Numbered from the stretch's first letter, positions 7,828-17,522 are shown. The stretch: 64,000 nt of DNA from a virus (IMGVR_UViG_2902759955_000002:32001-96000); one strand, 5' to 3'. Numbers and translations: made by a program. The notes: generated from the sequence alone by a model not told the origin.

Positions 7828-9528
7828 TTACGCCGCATGCTCGACCATGAGCTGGACGCGCCGTACGCCGTTCCATTCATCGCTTGCGAGGCGATAGACG
7901 ACGGTGACGTGGTGCGGCAAGAGTTCCGCATGATTGAACCAGATGGCGTTGAAGCGCTCCCCGTCGCGCACAAGCTGTAACTTCAAATGCTTGTCCTTGA
8001 TGAGCGATTGCGAGGCCACGACAAAATCACTGGAGAAGGTGGGTGGTGGGAAGCCTTGCCCCCACACCCGTTCCTCCAGCATGCCGATGAACTCAGGCGT
8101 GAAATACCCGCTCTCCAAGTCCCCATCCGTCTCCATGCTTCGCGACAGGATCTCGGGCGTGAGCCATTCTCGACCAACGGCTTCAAAGGCAGCCTTGAAC
8201 CGCGGGAGGTCCGCACTTGCGATTGTGAGACCGGCCGCCATCGCGTGTCCGCCGAACTTCTGAAGCAGGCCCGGCTCACGCTTGGAGACGAGATCAAGCG
8301 CATCGCGAAGATGAAAGCCCGGAATGGAGCGCCCCGATCCTTTACAGACCGTGCCGTGTTCGTCACCGCTTGCAAAGGTAATGGACGGACGATGAAACTT
8401 CTCCTTCAGCCGCCCCGCCACAATGCCAATGACGCCCTGATGCCACGAGGAGTCATAGAGCACCACCGTGGCACGATCCGCACAGTCGACCGAGTCCAGT
8501 GCGTCCATTGCTTGTTGCTGCATACCGGCCTCGATGTCGCGCCGCGCCCGGTTCATGCTGTCCAGTTGCTGGGCGAGTTCATACGCGCGTCCGACGTCAT
8601 CGGTGGTCAGACATTCGATACCAAGGGACATGTCGGACAGCCGACCCGCTGCGTTGAGTCGAGGCCCCAAGCCGAAGCCGAGGTCCTGGCTTGTCGCCAC
8701 GTTCGCTTTTCTCGCCGCGGCGTGAAAGAGGGCAGCAATACCTGGCTGCATCTGTCCGGAACGGATGCGACTGAGCCCCTGCATCACGAGTATGCGGTTG
8801 TTCTGATCGAGCTTCACCACATCGGCAATGGTCCCCAGTGCGACCAGATCCAATAGCGAATCTAAACGCGGCTCCGGCTGCTCGCGATAGGTCCCGCGCG
8901 TCCGTAGCTCCGCCCGTAACGCCAGGAGGACGTAGAACATGACCCCCACGCCGGCCATGCATTTGCTTGGGAAGTCGCAGCCAGGCTGGTTCGGATTCAC
9001 GATGGCGCTTGCCAGCGGCAGGACATCGCCGGGTAGATGGTGGTCGGTGACGACCACATCGATGCCGAGTGCATTTGCTGCCGCCACGCCGTCAACACTT
9101 GCGATGCCGTTGTCGACGGTGACCAGCATATCCGGCAGGCAATCCGATTGACGTGCTGCCAGTGCAACAATCTCAGGCGTCAGGCCGTACCCATATTCGA
9201 AGCGGTTCGGGACGAGATAGCTGACGTTGGCGCCGAGCATGCGCAAACCGCGAACGGCCACGGCACACGCGGTTGCGCCGTCACAGTCGTAATCGGCGAT
9301 CACGAGCATGCGCTTGCCGGCTGTGATGCCGTCAGCCAGGACGCTTGCCGCTTGTCCCATCCCTTTAAGCAGTGAAGGGGCAAGGAGCGCCTTGAGCCCC
9401 GTGTCACATTCGGTTGAGGACAGGACGCCGCGTGAGGCGAAAAGGCGAGCGAGGACAGGATGCAAGCCCCCGGCCGCGAGGTTGGCTGCTGCGACGGGAT
9501 CCACGGGACGTGGCGTGATTTGCGTCAT
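7828..9528 (-). CDS. recJ: Single-stranded-DNA exonuclease RecJ
   Basis: DYDCDG, PNRFEYGYG, TVDNGI, TDHH, GTIADVV, PRLNAAGR, GSGRSI, GGHAMAAG motifs. Confidence 0.96.
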   Translation of the reverse strand: MTQITPRPVDPVAAANLAAGGLHPVLARLFASRGVLSSTECDTGLKALLAPSLLKGMGQAASVLADGITAGKRMLVIADYDCDGATACAVAVRGLRMLGANVSYLVPNRFEYGYGLTPEIVALAARQSDCLPDMLVTVDNGIASVDGVAAANALGIDVVVTDHHLPGDVLPLASAIVNPNQPGCDFPSKCMAGVGVMFYVLLALRAELRTRGTYREQPEPRLDSLLDLVALGTIADVVKLDQNNRILVMQGLSRIRSGQMQPGIAALFHAAARKANVATSQDLGFGLGPRLNAAGRLSDMSLGIECLTTDDVGRAYELAQQLDSMNRARRDIEAGMQQQAMDALDSVDCADRATVVLYDSSWHQGVIGIVAGRLKEKFHRPSITFASGDEHGTVCKGSGRSIPGFHLRDALDLVSKREPGLLQKFGGHAMAAGLTIASADLPRFKAAFEAVGREWLTPEILSRSMETDGDLESGYFTPEFIGMLEERVWGQGFPPPTFSSDFVVASQSLIKDKHLKLQLVRDGERFNAIWFNHAELLPHHVTVVYRLASDEWNGVRRVQLMVEHAA

Positions 9529-9529
9529 G

Positions 9530-10060
9530 TCAACCCCATCGGGCGCTACCGCACCTGTCATTCCAGCCTTCGCGCATCTGGTGCGCTGCGATCTCCAGCG
9601 GAACACGCCCGGATAAGGTTCCCAGACCCGGGCACAACACGGTCTTGAACCCGTAGCTGATCGCGCGCTGCATCGCCGCGCGCATCGCCAGATACGGATT
9701 GCGCGTGCCTGCTGGCAGCGGACCCGGCAGGCGCATGGTAGGCGCAGAGATCAGCCACTGGATATTCGGGTGGACCGTGCGCAATGTGATCGCGTCACCA
9801 ACCGGTAGCTCGCCGTTACTATCGTTGGCGATGAGATCGATCAGGCGCGTCTCGAGCGCATAGCCAAAGAACGTGCGGTACGCCTTGTCGATCCCGCCCG
9901 TCATCCAGCCGAAGCTATTGGCAGGCGAGACAATGGCATCGGCCTGAAAGCTCAGGATGTCCGCCACGCGGCATTCGACCTGCGTTTCCGGGACATCGCG
10001 AAACGCCACCTTGAGGTGACAGATCAGTTCTTCGTTTTTGTCACAGAGGATCAGCTTCAT
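9530..10060 (-). CDS. Macro domain protein (ADP-ribose binding/hydrolase)
   Basis: ADAIVSPANSFGWMTGGID, APTMR, PGLGTLSG motifs. Confidence 0.9.
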   Translation of the reverse strand: MKLILCDKNEELICHLKVAFRDVPETQVECRVADILSFQADAIVSPANSFGWMTGGIDKAYRTFFGYALETRLIDLIANDSNGELPVGDAITLRTVHPNIQWLISAPTMRLPGPLPAGTRNPYLAMRAAMQRAISYGFKTVLCPGLGTLSGRVPLEIAAHQMREGWNDRCGSARWG

Positions 10061-10755
10061 TGGGGGTTCCCTCCGAGGAAGTGTGGAATCCAGCCTTTAT
10101 CGGACGCATCGCGCAATGCGCTGTGCAGTTCAATGAGACGGCGCCCGAAGTTGATTTGCACCGACTCGTCGCCGTGCGAGAAGAGATGCCGCATCGGGTC
10201 GCCAAAGAGAGCATGGAGGCGGTCCAGATCGAATCGGAACTCTCTCGTACTCAGATTGCTCCCCGTGACGAATCGGACCAGCGCGTCATCAGGGGTCATC
10301 AACGAGAAAACCCCGACGCCGTTCTTTTCTCGGCGCTGAATTAACACGACGGGGCCGATCATCGTCTTCAACCCGATGGCGCGCATGCCATCCGGTTGCT
10401 CGAACTTGAAGTACCGGTCGTAGGTGAACACCGCACGCTCGATGAGCCGGGCAAATTCGGGATAAGACGTTGTGTCATTCAGGATGATCGGCTCGTCCGT
10501 TTCCGGCACGGTCCGGATGACCTCCCACCATTGCTCGAAGTAACGGGCAAAGTGGATGCTGCCGGGCGTGGCCCACGGTTGGTCGCCCCGGAACGCCTCG
10601 ACCCGTTGCTCGATCGCCGCGATGTCGAACTCTCGGGTGACCGTGTTGGTTTCAGTGATCGTCACGCGCGACGGCGCTGTCTTCTTTGCCGCACCGCGCG
10701 TTGTCCGTTTAGCGGCGGGGGCCTTTTTGGCTGCGACTTTCTTTTGCTCAGTCAT
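10057..10755 (-). CDS. Hypothetical protein with K/A-rich N-terminus, paralog of 11206..12300
   Basis: Overlapping start/stop with both neighbours; shared PDG.R.I.L.T..GPVV motif. Confidence 0.75.
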   Translation of the reverse strand: MTEQKKVAAKKAPAAKRTTRGAAKKTAPSRVTITETNTVTREFDIAAIEQRVEAFRGDQPWATPGSIHFARYFEQWWEVIRTVPETDEPIILNDTTSYPEFARLIERAVFTYDRYFKFEQPDGMRAIGLKTMIGPVVLIQRREKNGVGVFSLMTPDDALVRFVTGSNLSTREFRFDLDRLHALFGDPMRHLFSHGDESVQINFGRRLIELHSALRDASDKGWIPHFLGGNPQ

Positions 10756-11209
10756 GGTGGCTATTTGCTTGGTTGAAGACGTACTCGAGCTTCCCTCGCC
10801 GGTACAGATGCTTGCTCACTTGGGATAGATCAAATCCGTACCTATTGATAAAGGGTGCGCTGTAAGAATGAAACATCTCCTCACAGACGGTGCAGTGCGG
10901 CTTGTCGTGATCCAGCTCGCGTAACATACGGTCCACCAGTCGCAGGCCAATACCACGGCTCTGGTAGGGCGGGGCCACACGGATGCAGCGCAGCTTGGTT
11001 TCCCCGTCGCGCGCCTTCCCTAGGCCGACGCCGATGAGCTGGTGGTGCGCTTCCGCCACGACCAGCACGTCATTTCCCGTGACGATCCCCGGCATGCACT
11101 GGTTCACGTACCAGTACTCGAATTCGGGGTAGTAGACGCTGAGCGAATCGAGCAGGGTTTTTGCACGCACCGCATCCACGAAGGCATGGCTGCGGCGAAA
11201 CGTGATCAT
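10748..11209 (-). CDS. GNAT family acetyltransferase
   Basis: KLRCIRVAPPYQSRGIG acetyl-CoA motif A; ATGA overlap with the upstream gene. Confidence 0.85.
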   Translation of the reverse strand: MITFRRSHAFVDAVRAKTLLDSLSVYYPEFEYWYVNQCMPGIVTGNDVLVVAEAHHQLIGVGLGKARDGETKLRCIRVAPPYQSRGIGLRLVDRMLRELDHDKPHCTVCEEMFHSYSAPFINRYGFDLSQVSKHLYRRGKLEYVFNQANSHHD

Positions 11210-12300
11210 GCGGTAGGTGCCTGATGTGCCCACCAGCCGTCCCTGACGTCTGCGGGACGTTCATGCGCCGCAGGCTTCGGACCCCACACTTTCCGACCAC
11301 CGCGCATGCCGGCGTCGAAGATTTCCTGCTCGGTCGGTGCGCGACCATTGGCAACGACGAATGCGCCACGGAAGCCACCGTACGTGGCAGGCGTCACGAG
11401 CATGGGCGAGCGCTGTGAGCGATGCGCTTGCTGCTCTTCATAGAACGCGAAGACCTTCGAGAGCCGCACATGCAGGTTCTGGCTGTTGTGGTCATCGTGT
11501 CCCGGGCGACGTGTGTAGCCAAAGATGTCCAGATAGGTTCCCAGATCCGGACGGCCGTTCTGGTTGAACCGCACCATGCCGGTGCCCCGGATCGGATCGG
11601 GCATCTGAAGCCGGTAGCTGGTCACGCCGATCTTCAGCGTCGGATGGACTTCCTTCGGGACATCCACATCCTGCGGCGTTTCATAGATCACGACCGGGCC
11701 CACCTGCGTACCCAACGCAATCATCCGGTTGCCGTCTGGAAATTGACCGCGGATGTACACACCCGGTTCCAGCCAGTAAGGTAGGTCGTCCGGCTCACGG
11801 ATATCGATATCTCCATTTGCCTTGTGCTGCAGTGGCTCGGTGATCTCGTTGCGGATCTCACGCCACTTCGATTCAAACCACGACACATATGGCGTGAGCT
11901 GGTCGCGCAACTGGCTTGGCATCGTGCGCAGTGCATCCCAGCGCGTGTGGCCGACACGCTTGAGCTTCCACTTTTCCTGAGCAGCCCGCACCTTCTCGGC
12001 GTATTCCGCCTGACGTTTCACCAGCCGTTTTGCCGTCTTGCCGATGTGATGTTGAAAGAACGCACGGGCCCATACCAGATCTTTCGGAAGAACATACATC
12101 TGCGCCACGGTGCAGGTGTGGGTGTACTGGTTCAGTGCGCCGTCCGAGACGCCGTTACCCAGCTTGTGGTCCTTACTGACCATCAGCCCTGACTTCGAGC
12201 GATAGAAGGTCGTCAAGATCTCGTGGATAGATTCCTGGCCAAAGGCATGGCGCAGGATCACGATGTCATTTGCGAATGTCTTTACGGGTTCGTTGCTCAT
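11206..12300 (-). CDS. Hypothetical protein, paralog of 10057..10755
   Basis: 364-aa ORF, translationally coupled. Confidence 0.75.
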   Translation of the reverse strand: MSNEPVKTFANDIVILRHAFGQESIHEILTTFYRSKSGLMVSKDHKLGNGVSDGALNQYTHTCTVAQMYVLPKDLVWARAFFQHHIGKTAKRLVKRQAEYAEKVRAAQEKWKLKRVGHTRWDALRTMPSQLRDQLTPYVSWFESKWREIRNEITEPLQHKANGDIDIREPDDLPYWLEPGVYIRGQFPDGNRMIALGTQVGPVVIYETPQDVDVPKEVHPTLKIGVTSYRLQMPDPIRGTGMVRFNQNGRPDLGTYLDIFGYTRRPGHDDHNSQNLHVRLSKVFAFYEEQQAHRSQRSPMLVTPATYGGFRGAFVVANGRAPTEQEIFDAGMRGGRKVWGPKPAAHERPADVRDGWWAHQAPTA

Positions 12301-12851
12301 ACTGCACCTTCCTTTTTCTTGCCGAGTTTGTTTTTCTCGAGCACGCTTTCAATACGCATGATCAGGTCGTCGGGCGTCCTGTGCTGGTATTCCTCGTTGT
12401 GTGCTTTGAGATGATCGAGTGCTTCTGCGAGCAGCAGGCCAAGACCCTGCACGGCTTTACCTGCCAGCGTCTCTTCGAGGTGGGCTTCCACACGCTCACC
12501 CGTACTCACGATCTCGGGAAGCGTATTGGGTGGCGAGGCGAGAGGGCGATGCAGGAACGTCTTCTCATGCTTCTCGTAGACGGCATTCGTCACGTCGGAC
12601 ACAGAGAGCAGGATGTGTTCGGTCGAGGAGCCCACAGCCGGCTTCCAGTGGTCGGTGGCGGCTTCGCCCTCCGGCACGAGGTAGCAGATGTCCGACAGAA
12701 CGGGCAAACGCTTGTCGCCCTGTTCCGGCATCAGGAACATCTTGGCTTTGACATTCACGAAGCCCGCGGTACGCAGCGCTTCGGCGATAAGCGCCTGCAC
12801 GAACATCTTCGTCATGATGTCGTGGCTGTTGATCTGAATCCGTGTTGCCAT
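12297..12851 (-). CDS. Hypothetical protein
   Basis: 184-aa ORF with GAGG SD. Confidence 0.7.
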   Translation of the reverse strand: MATRIQINSHDIMTKMFVQALIAEALRTAGFVNVKAKMFLMPEQGDKRLPVLSDICYLVPEGEAATDHWKPAVGSSTEHILLSVSDVTNAVYEKHEKTFLHRPLASPPNTLPEIVSTGERVEAHLEETLAGKAVQGLGLLLAEALDHLKAHNEEYQHRTPDDLIMRIESVLEKNKLGKKKEGAV

Positions 12852-12977
12852 GGCTGCGGCCTCGGTATGCTTTTTGATTGGAGTAGTGATGCACCATACC
12901 CTTGGCCTTCGCGATAAAACTTGCCCGGCTAATGAAAAAAAAAAGAGAGCCGCTCGGCTCCCTCTTGATCACAGCGA

Positions 12978-13211
12978 CTACGACTGCTCGTCACCAGCGT
13001 CCGCGTCCAACCGATGCGCGAGTTCTTTCCCGAGAGTTTTGAGTTTGCGCTCTGTTCGATTGATGCCGCGAGTCGTTGCCGTTATCAACCTAGCGACCTC
13101 TGCAGCGTCTTCATCGACTACCTTCTTCAACTCGTCCATCTGCTTCTCGTAAGTTCTCTTTACGGTGGCTGTGCGATTAATGTCGCTTTTGATTTCGTCT
13201 TGGCTACGCAT
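12978..13211 (-). CDS. Small coiled-coil protein
   Basis: GGAG SD before ATG 13211; heptad-like helical sequence. Confidence 0.65.
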   Translation of the reverse strand: MRSQDEIKSDINRTATVKRTYEKQMDELKKVVDEDAAEVARLITATTRGINRTERKLKTLGKELAHRLDADAGDEQS

Positions 13212-13237
13212 GGTCACTCCTGTGGATTGGTAAGAGA

Positions 13238-13246
13238 GTGATATGT
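13238..13246 (-). promoter_or_regulatory. Putative early promoter motif ACATATCAC
   Basis: Exact motif at the head of the minus-strand block ending in recJ. Confidence 0.55.
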
Positions 13247-13895
13247 GTCTGAAACGGCATAAAGGCAGGCTTTCGGCCTGCTCAGAAAAGAAAATGAACG
13301 ATTTCGTGGCCCGCCAATTAATTAGTCTCGGATCTCGTAAAAGGCACCTCCGGTGCCTTTTACTCGCTCCTCGCCTACCAACCCCAGGGGTCGATATGCT
13401 AGGTTCGCAGGGGGTTTAAATTGAAGGTCTGACCGACCTCTTCATATCTATAGTTTCAGTGGGCAAAAAATACTTCGAGTAAGCATGGTGGCTTGCAGCC
13501 ATTGAACAGTCTGAGCAGCGTGGCTGCTCAGAGAGGAAAGAGCCAACCGCTCAGGGTGTTCTTTTAAAGTTTTTTGTCGGTACTTAGGCTAGGGGTCTGG
13601 GGTCCCCTAGCCAGTGTGCTGTGGGCAAAGCCGAAGGCATAACGGCAGACAGGCAGCACACAGACCACACCACCAGATCGAACTACCAAAGGGACAAAGA
13701 CTTTCTTAAAAACCCAATAAAAGGGGCGCGGAGGGCGGCTGGCGGGCGCGGCAGGGGCGGGCAGGTAGCGAAGGGTGGGCGAGGGGCGGCAGCGGCTGGA
13801 AGGGGCGGATTTCCGAATCGGTGATTCGGATAGTTCTAATCCTGTGTTCCGCGTGCTCCGCGCACGCCACCTCATTTCTGTCATGGAAGCCAACG

Positions 13896-14471
13896 ATGCC
13901 TTCACTCCTGAAAGTCGCCCTCGAAGGCGATAGCGCCGAACCGTTTGCCAGCACCTCCTCCGATGCCACCGATAAGGACATGGTCGAACTGAAGGGGCCA
14001 CTCGCCGATGTCTTCACGCAAGTGCTCGCCAAGGAATACGCCCGTGCTGATCCAGCAGCCGCGCCGGCGACTGAAGGCGTTGCCACCGAGTCGCAAGCCA
14101 ATGACGCTCTGGCTGTCTCGGAACTGATGGACAACATCCAGCTCGCCAATGACACGACGCCTGCGGGCGACGGGGCACTCACCGTGTACGGCGTGGCCGC
14201 CGCGGATGTGAAGCCGGAGCACATCGTCGAAGTGAGCCAGGACTTGGCCAACCGGGATGCGGACGACATGGAAGACTTCATCCTCGTCATGGATGCGACC
14301 CAGCCGTCGGTGAACAGTCCCGAGTCGAGCAATGCTGAGCCGCGCTTCGAAAAGCTGGGCGAGGCGTTGGAGTCGCTCGTCGACGCGTACGGTGGTCACG
14401 TCTTTCACAGTCTCGAAGGGTTTGCGAAAGCGTACTTGGAAGACAAACGTGCCGGGCAAGGAAAGGAGTAA
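13896..14471 (+). CDS. Acidic virion head protein with putative prohead-protease sites
   Basis: MPSLLKVALEG, ATES and ALES match the S/A/G-X-E cleavage motif of phiKZ-type proteases. Confidence 0.6.
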   Translation: MPSLLKVALEGDSAEPFASTSSDATDKDMVELKGPLADVFTQVLAKEYARADPAAAPATEGVATESQANDALAVSELMDNIQLANDTTPAGDGALTVYGVAAADVKPEHIVEVSQDLANRDADDMEDFILVMDATQPSVNSPESSNAEPRFEKLGEALESLVDAYGGHVFHSLEGFAKAYLEDKRAGQGKE

Positions 14472-14474
14472 GTC

Positions 14475-14795
14475 ATGAGCGTCGACGAGAAAATCCTGGA
14501 GGCGCGCCTACGCGAGCTACAGCTCACTGCCCCGCGCAATAAGCCGGCGGACATTGACGCCGTGATCAAGGGGACGACCTACACCGTCTTGCCGAGCAAG
14601 AAGGTCATGGTCTGCGAGATCACGCTCTTCAACGGCTTCACCGTGCACGGTTTCTCCTACGCGGTGTGTCCGGAGAACTTCAACGAAGAGATTGGTCGCG
14701 AAGTGTCCTTCAAGGATGCCCGCGAGAAGATCTGGCAGATCGCAGGTTTCATGCTCCAGCAGCGTCTCTATCAGGAAGCGCTACGGACCGCCTAA
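14475..14795 (+). CDS. Phage gp49/gp66 family protein (possible nucleotide-signal sponge)
   Basis: C.ITLFNGFTVHG.S.AV.PENFNEEIGR....DA..KIW...GF.L signature. Confidence 0.8.
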   Translation: MSVDEKILEARLRELQLTAPRNKPADIDAVIKGTTYTVLPSKKVMVCEITLFNGFTVHGFSYAVCPENFNEEIGREVSFKDAREKIWQIAGFMLQQRLYQEALRTA

Positions 14796-14907
14796 CGCTA
14801 TCTTCGGCACCGGTTTCGGCCGGTGCCGCTATGCCGTCTCGTTGCCAATCATTTGACCTGAGCAAAAAAAGAAGGAACGCGAAAAGCGGTGCGTCCCGTC
14901 GGAGCCT

Positions 14908-15657
14908 TCAAGGAAGTAGAAACCACGTAGGTCTCTTTCCTCGTAGGAGGTGATAGCGAACACTGGTAAGACCGATTGCTCGCCCAGCCGCGCTGATGCT
15001 TGGATAGACGACTCCATCGATGGATACGCGGTGTCCCATTTCATCTAAGCGGTTTCGTGAACCCAAGAATTTGGCTGGATCCCTCCACGCCTTTTTTAAT
15101 CCCTCGGCCAGTCGCTGCCGCTGCTCGATAGTTCTCTTTTGCCCCGTCGTCTTGGCAACGATCTTAGCGAGGCTTTCCGGGGTGACAGCTCTCCCTTTTT
15201 GCCACGCTGAGAGTTTTGCTTTGTGCTCAGGGGTAAATACGATCCCCTTCCGCCCTGCAGAGATCTTCGCGCGGTGTTCCGGTGTGAACTTGATGCCGAA
15301 CATCGTCCGCTTGACATCCTTTTGGATGTTGACCAGAAGCCCGGATGGTTCATGGTGCTTTATGACGTCCTGTTCCAGCTTGAAAGCGGATTCTCGGAGA
15401 TCCATGGCACTTCCAGAAACTGCCACGACAAACAATTCCACGTGGAAGCGTGGATCTTTGTTGAAGAGTCGTTGCAAGTGTTGATTGGGATGGCGTTTGG
15501 CCTTCAGGTCATTGAAATGCCTCGCACGTCTGACCGCAAGGTCAATCGCGCTACCTACATAAACCTTCTTGGAAACCAAGTGGGTCAGGACATATACACC
15601 GCACAGCTTCGGCGTGCGCGTCGGCTTGGCGCCAGTCCAAAGTAAATCAAGTTCCAT
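14908..15657 (-). CDS. Free-standing GIY-YIG homing endonuclease with NUMOD3-like repeats
   Basis: GVYVLTH...VYVGSA..L..R...H; FTPEHRAKIS/FTPEHKAKLS repeats; C-terminal YPSISAAGRAIG helix-turn-helix. Confidence 0.9.
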   Translation of the reverse strand: MELDLLWTGAKPTRTPKLCGVYVLTHLVSKKVYVGSAIDLAVRRARHFNDLKAKRHPNQHLQRLFNKDPRFHVELFVVAVSGSAMDLRESAFKLEQDVIKHHEPSGLLVNIQKDVKRTMFGIKFTPEHRAKISAGRKGIVFTPEHKAKLSAWQKGRAVTPESLAKIVAKTTGQKRTIEQRQRLAEGLKKAWRDPAKFLGSRNRLDEMGHRVSIDGVVYPSISAAGRAIGLTSVRYHLLRGKRPTWFLLP

Positions 15658-15688
15658 GGAAACATCCTACGGTTGTTAGCGCAGGATA

Positions 15689-15697
15689 GTGATATGT
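15689..15697 (-). promoter_or_regulatory. Putative early promoter motif ACATATCAC
   Basis: Exact motif about 30 bp upstream of the GIY-YIG start. Confidence 0.5.
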
Positions 15698-15725
15698 GGC
15701 CAAGTTTAAATTCAAGGAAAACAGT

Positions 15726-16961
15726 ATGGCTACTGCCCGATCGATTTCTACCGTTTTTGAGGAAGCGTGCGGTCAATTGGTGTTAGATTCTGCGTTTGCT
15801 AAAAGGCTGGCGACTTACCAGAGCAGCTGGAAGCACAAAAACGACGACCACATCAAATTCTTTGGTGGCAATCTCCTCGGTGTCGAAGTGGTGCGCTTTA
15901 CGGAAGCTGATCGCGACCAGTGGTTCGATGAAATCCTGAAGGCGGATCAGAACAACCTGAGCGAGCAACTGCTGGCGCTCCCCACGGTGAATCCCGAGTT
16001 CAATGTGTCGAGCGACACGATGAACCTGTCGTGTGCGTGGCTCATGCATGTGCTTTACACCTCACCGAAGCTGAATCCCCAGCAGAAGCATGACGCGATG
16101 CTCGATGTGGCGCTGGTACTGAACTACAAGTTCCTGACCTCGCGTCTGTTTCGTCATTTCAAGTACCCCGCTGATCGCGCGACGGCGGAAGCGACCTATG
16201 CCGCGCTCTCAGGCAAGTTTGCGATCAAGCAGTTGGGTAGTTGGGCGCGTGTGCTCGAACAGCGTAGCGAGGATCTGATTTCACCGGAGGGACTGCACTT
16301 CAATGCGATCTCGCGAATGAATAACGATCTGGAGGTGATCTATCTTCTGAACGACACGCAGGGTCGTATCCGGGACATGCTCAAGAACATCTACGATGTC
16401 TTCATGCAGATCCATCATCAGGGGATCCGCATCCAGTCCACGTCTTCGCTGGTGGACTACGACGGCGAAGTGGTACTGAAGGACAAGAACAAGAACGTCT
16501 TGGCCTATACGCGCTATCTCCACGCCATCGTCACGGACAAGTCATCGTTCATGCGCGAGGAGCTGATGGAGCTGATCGAGAAGCTGATGCATACGACGCC
16601 ACCCCGTCTTTTCCGGGAGACGCTGGGCTGGCTGTCGGATAACTATCGGCAATCAGGCGCTGGGAAGATCGAGGAGCTCTTGAACGAGACCCTCATCCAC
16701 AGTTTCGACTACCTGGCCGAAGAGCGCACGATGATGCGTAGCCACGTTGATCTGCCGACGTTACTCGCACGTCTGAAGGGCGTGTACACCTCTTCACGCA
16801 GCATTGACCCCGCGCTCTTTTCGCTGCGCGATAAGGCGCAGTGGTGTGTGAAACAGGCTACGGGCAATCGCAATGACTCAGTCATTGCATCGGTTCGGAC
16901 CGCAGTTCTGCTTTACGTGGTCATCCGGACCATGACCATGCAGCACTACACCAACAAGTAG
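15726..16961 (+). CDS. Conserved phiKZ-like virion structural protein (gp32-like)
   Basis: FFGGNLLGV near the N-terminus; position next to terminase (recall). Confidence 0.7.
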   Translation: MATARSISTVFEEACGQLVLDSAFAKRLATYQSSWKHKNDDHIKFFGGNLLGVEVVRFTEADRDQWFDEILKADQNNLSEQLLALPTVNPEFNVSSDTMNLSCAWLMHVLYTSPKLNPQQKHDAMLDVALVLNYKFLTSRLFRHFKYPADRATAEATYAALSGKFAIKQLGSWARVLEQRSEDLISPEGLHFNAISRMNNDLEVIYLLNDTQGRIRDMLKNIYDVFMQIHHQGIRIQSTSSLVDYDGEVVLKDKNKNVLAYTRYLHAIVTDKSSFMREELMELIEKLMHTTPPRLFRETLGWLSDNYRQSGAGKIEELLNETLIHSFDYLAEERTMMRSHVDLPTLLARLKGVYTSSRSIDPALFSLRDKAQWCVKQATGNRNDSVIASVRTAVLLYVVIRTMTMQHYTNK

Positions 16962-17038
16962 GGCACACGCAGAGGGCATACCCCGCGCGGTGCGCACAGA
17001 AGGTGGAGTCTCTTCATCCTTACTTGGATTGACCCGTT

Positions 17039-17479
17039 ATGGCAGTACGAGATGTGATCGGCGAAGCGGCCCGGGCGATACTGGCGCGATTCACTGCGCT
17101 AGTGCTCGGACCTTCATCGGAACGCGTTGCGAAGGAGCCGCCCGGCGGCATCAGCAGTTTGACGGTGACCACTGTCCACGGTTATGACGTGATTCTTTGC
17201 TGCGAGGCGAGTTACATGGAGCGCTGCTACACGCGCTTTTATGTGCCGTCGCGTTTCATCGCAACCTACCGTGTCTATGCGATGGTGCCCCTCGATGCAC
17301 CCGAGCGCTTACGCACGTTGGCTGGAAATTTCTCGATGACAATTCCGCGGCGGTATGGATCGCTCGCCCAGGAGCCGGCACAGAAACGCGCGGCGCTCCA
17401 AAGCTATCTGGATGCGTTGTTCCGCCGTCTTGAGCGACGCATTTATACGGACCAACGGTCGATGCGTTTGTTTGGTTGA
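17039..17479 (+). CDS. Hypothetical protein
   Basis: 146-aa ORF ending at a bidirectional terminator. Confidence 0.55.
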   Translation: MAVRDVIGEAARAILARFTALVLGPSSERVAKEPPGGISSLTVTTVHGYDVILCCEASYMERCYTRFYVPSRFIATYRVYAMVPLDAPERLRTLAGNFSMTIPRRYGSLAQEPAQKRAALQSYLDALFRRLERRIYTDQRSMRLFG

Positions 17480-17482
17480 CGT

Positions 17483-17519
17483 CATAAAAGGCCAGGGCTC
17501 TGCAGCCCTGGCCCTTATG
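17483..17519. terminator. Bidirectional hairpin terminator flanked by CATA/TATG
   Basis: GGCCAGGGCT-CTGC-AGCCCTGGCC between convergent genes. Confidence 0.75.
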
Positions 17520-17522
17520 CCC

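Noticed and set aside
14800-15720. Possible intron around the GIY-YIG gene
   Set aside because: Flanking genes look intact and no P/Q/R/S elements were seen
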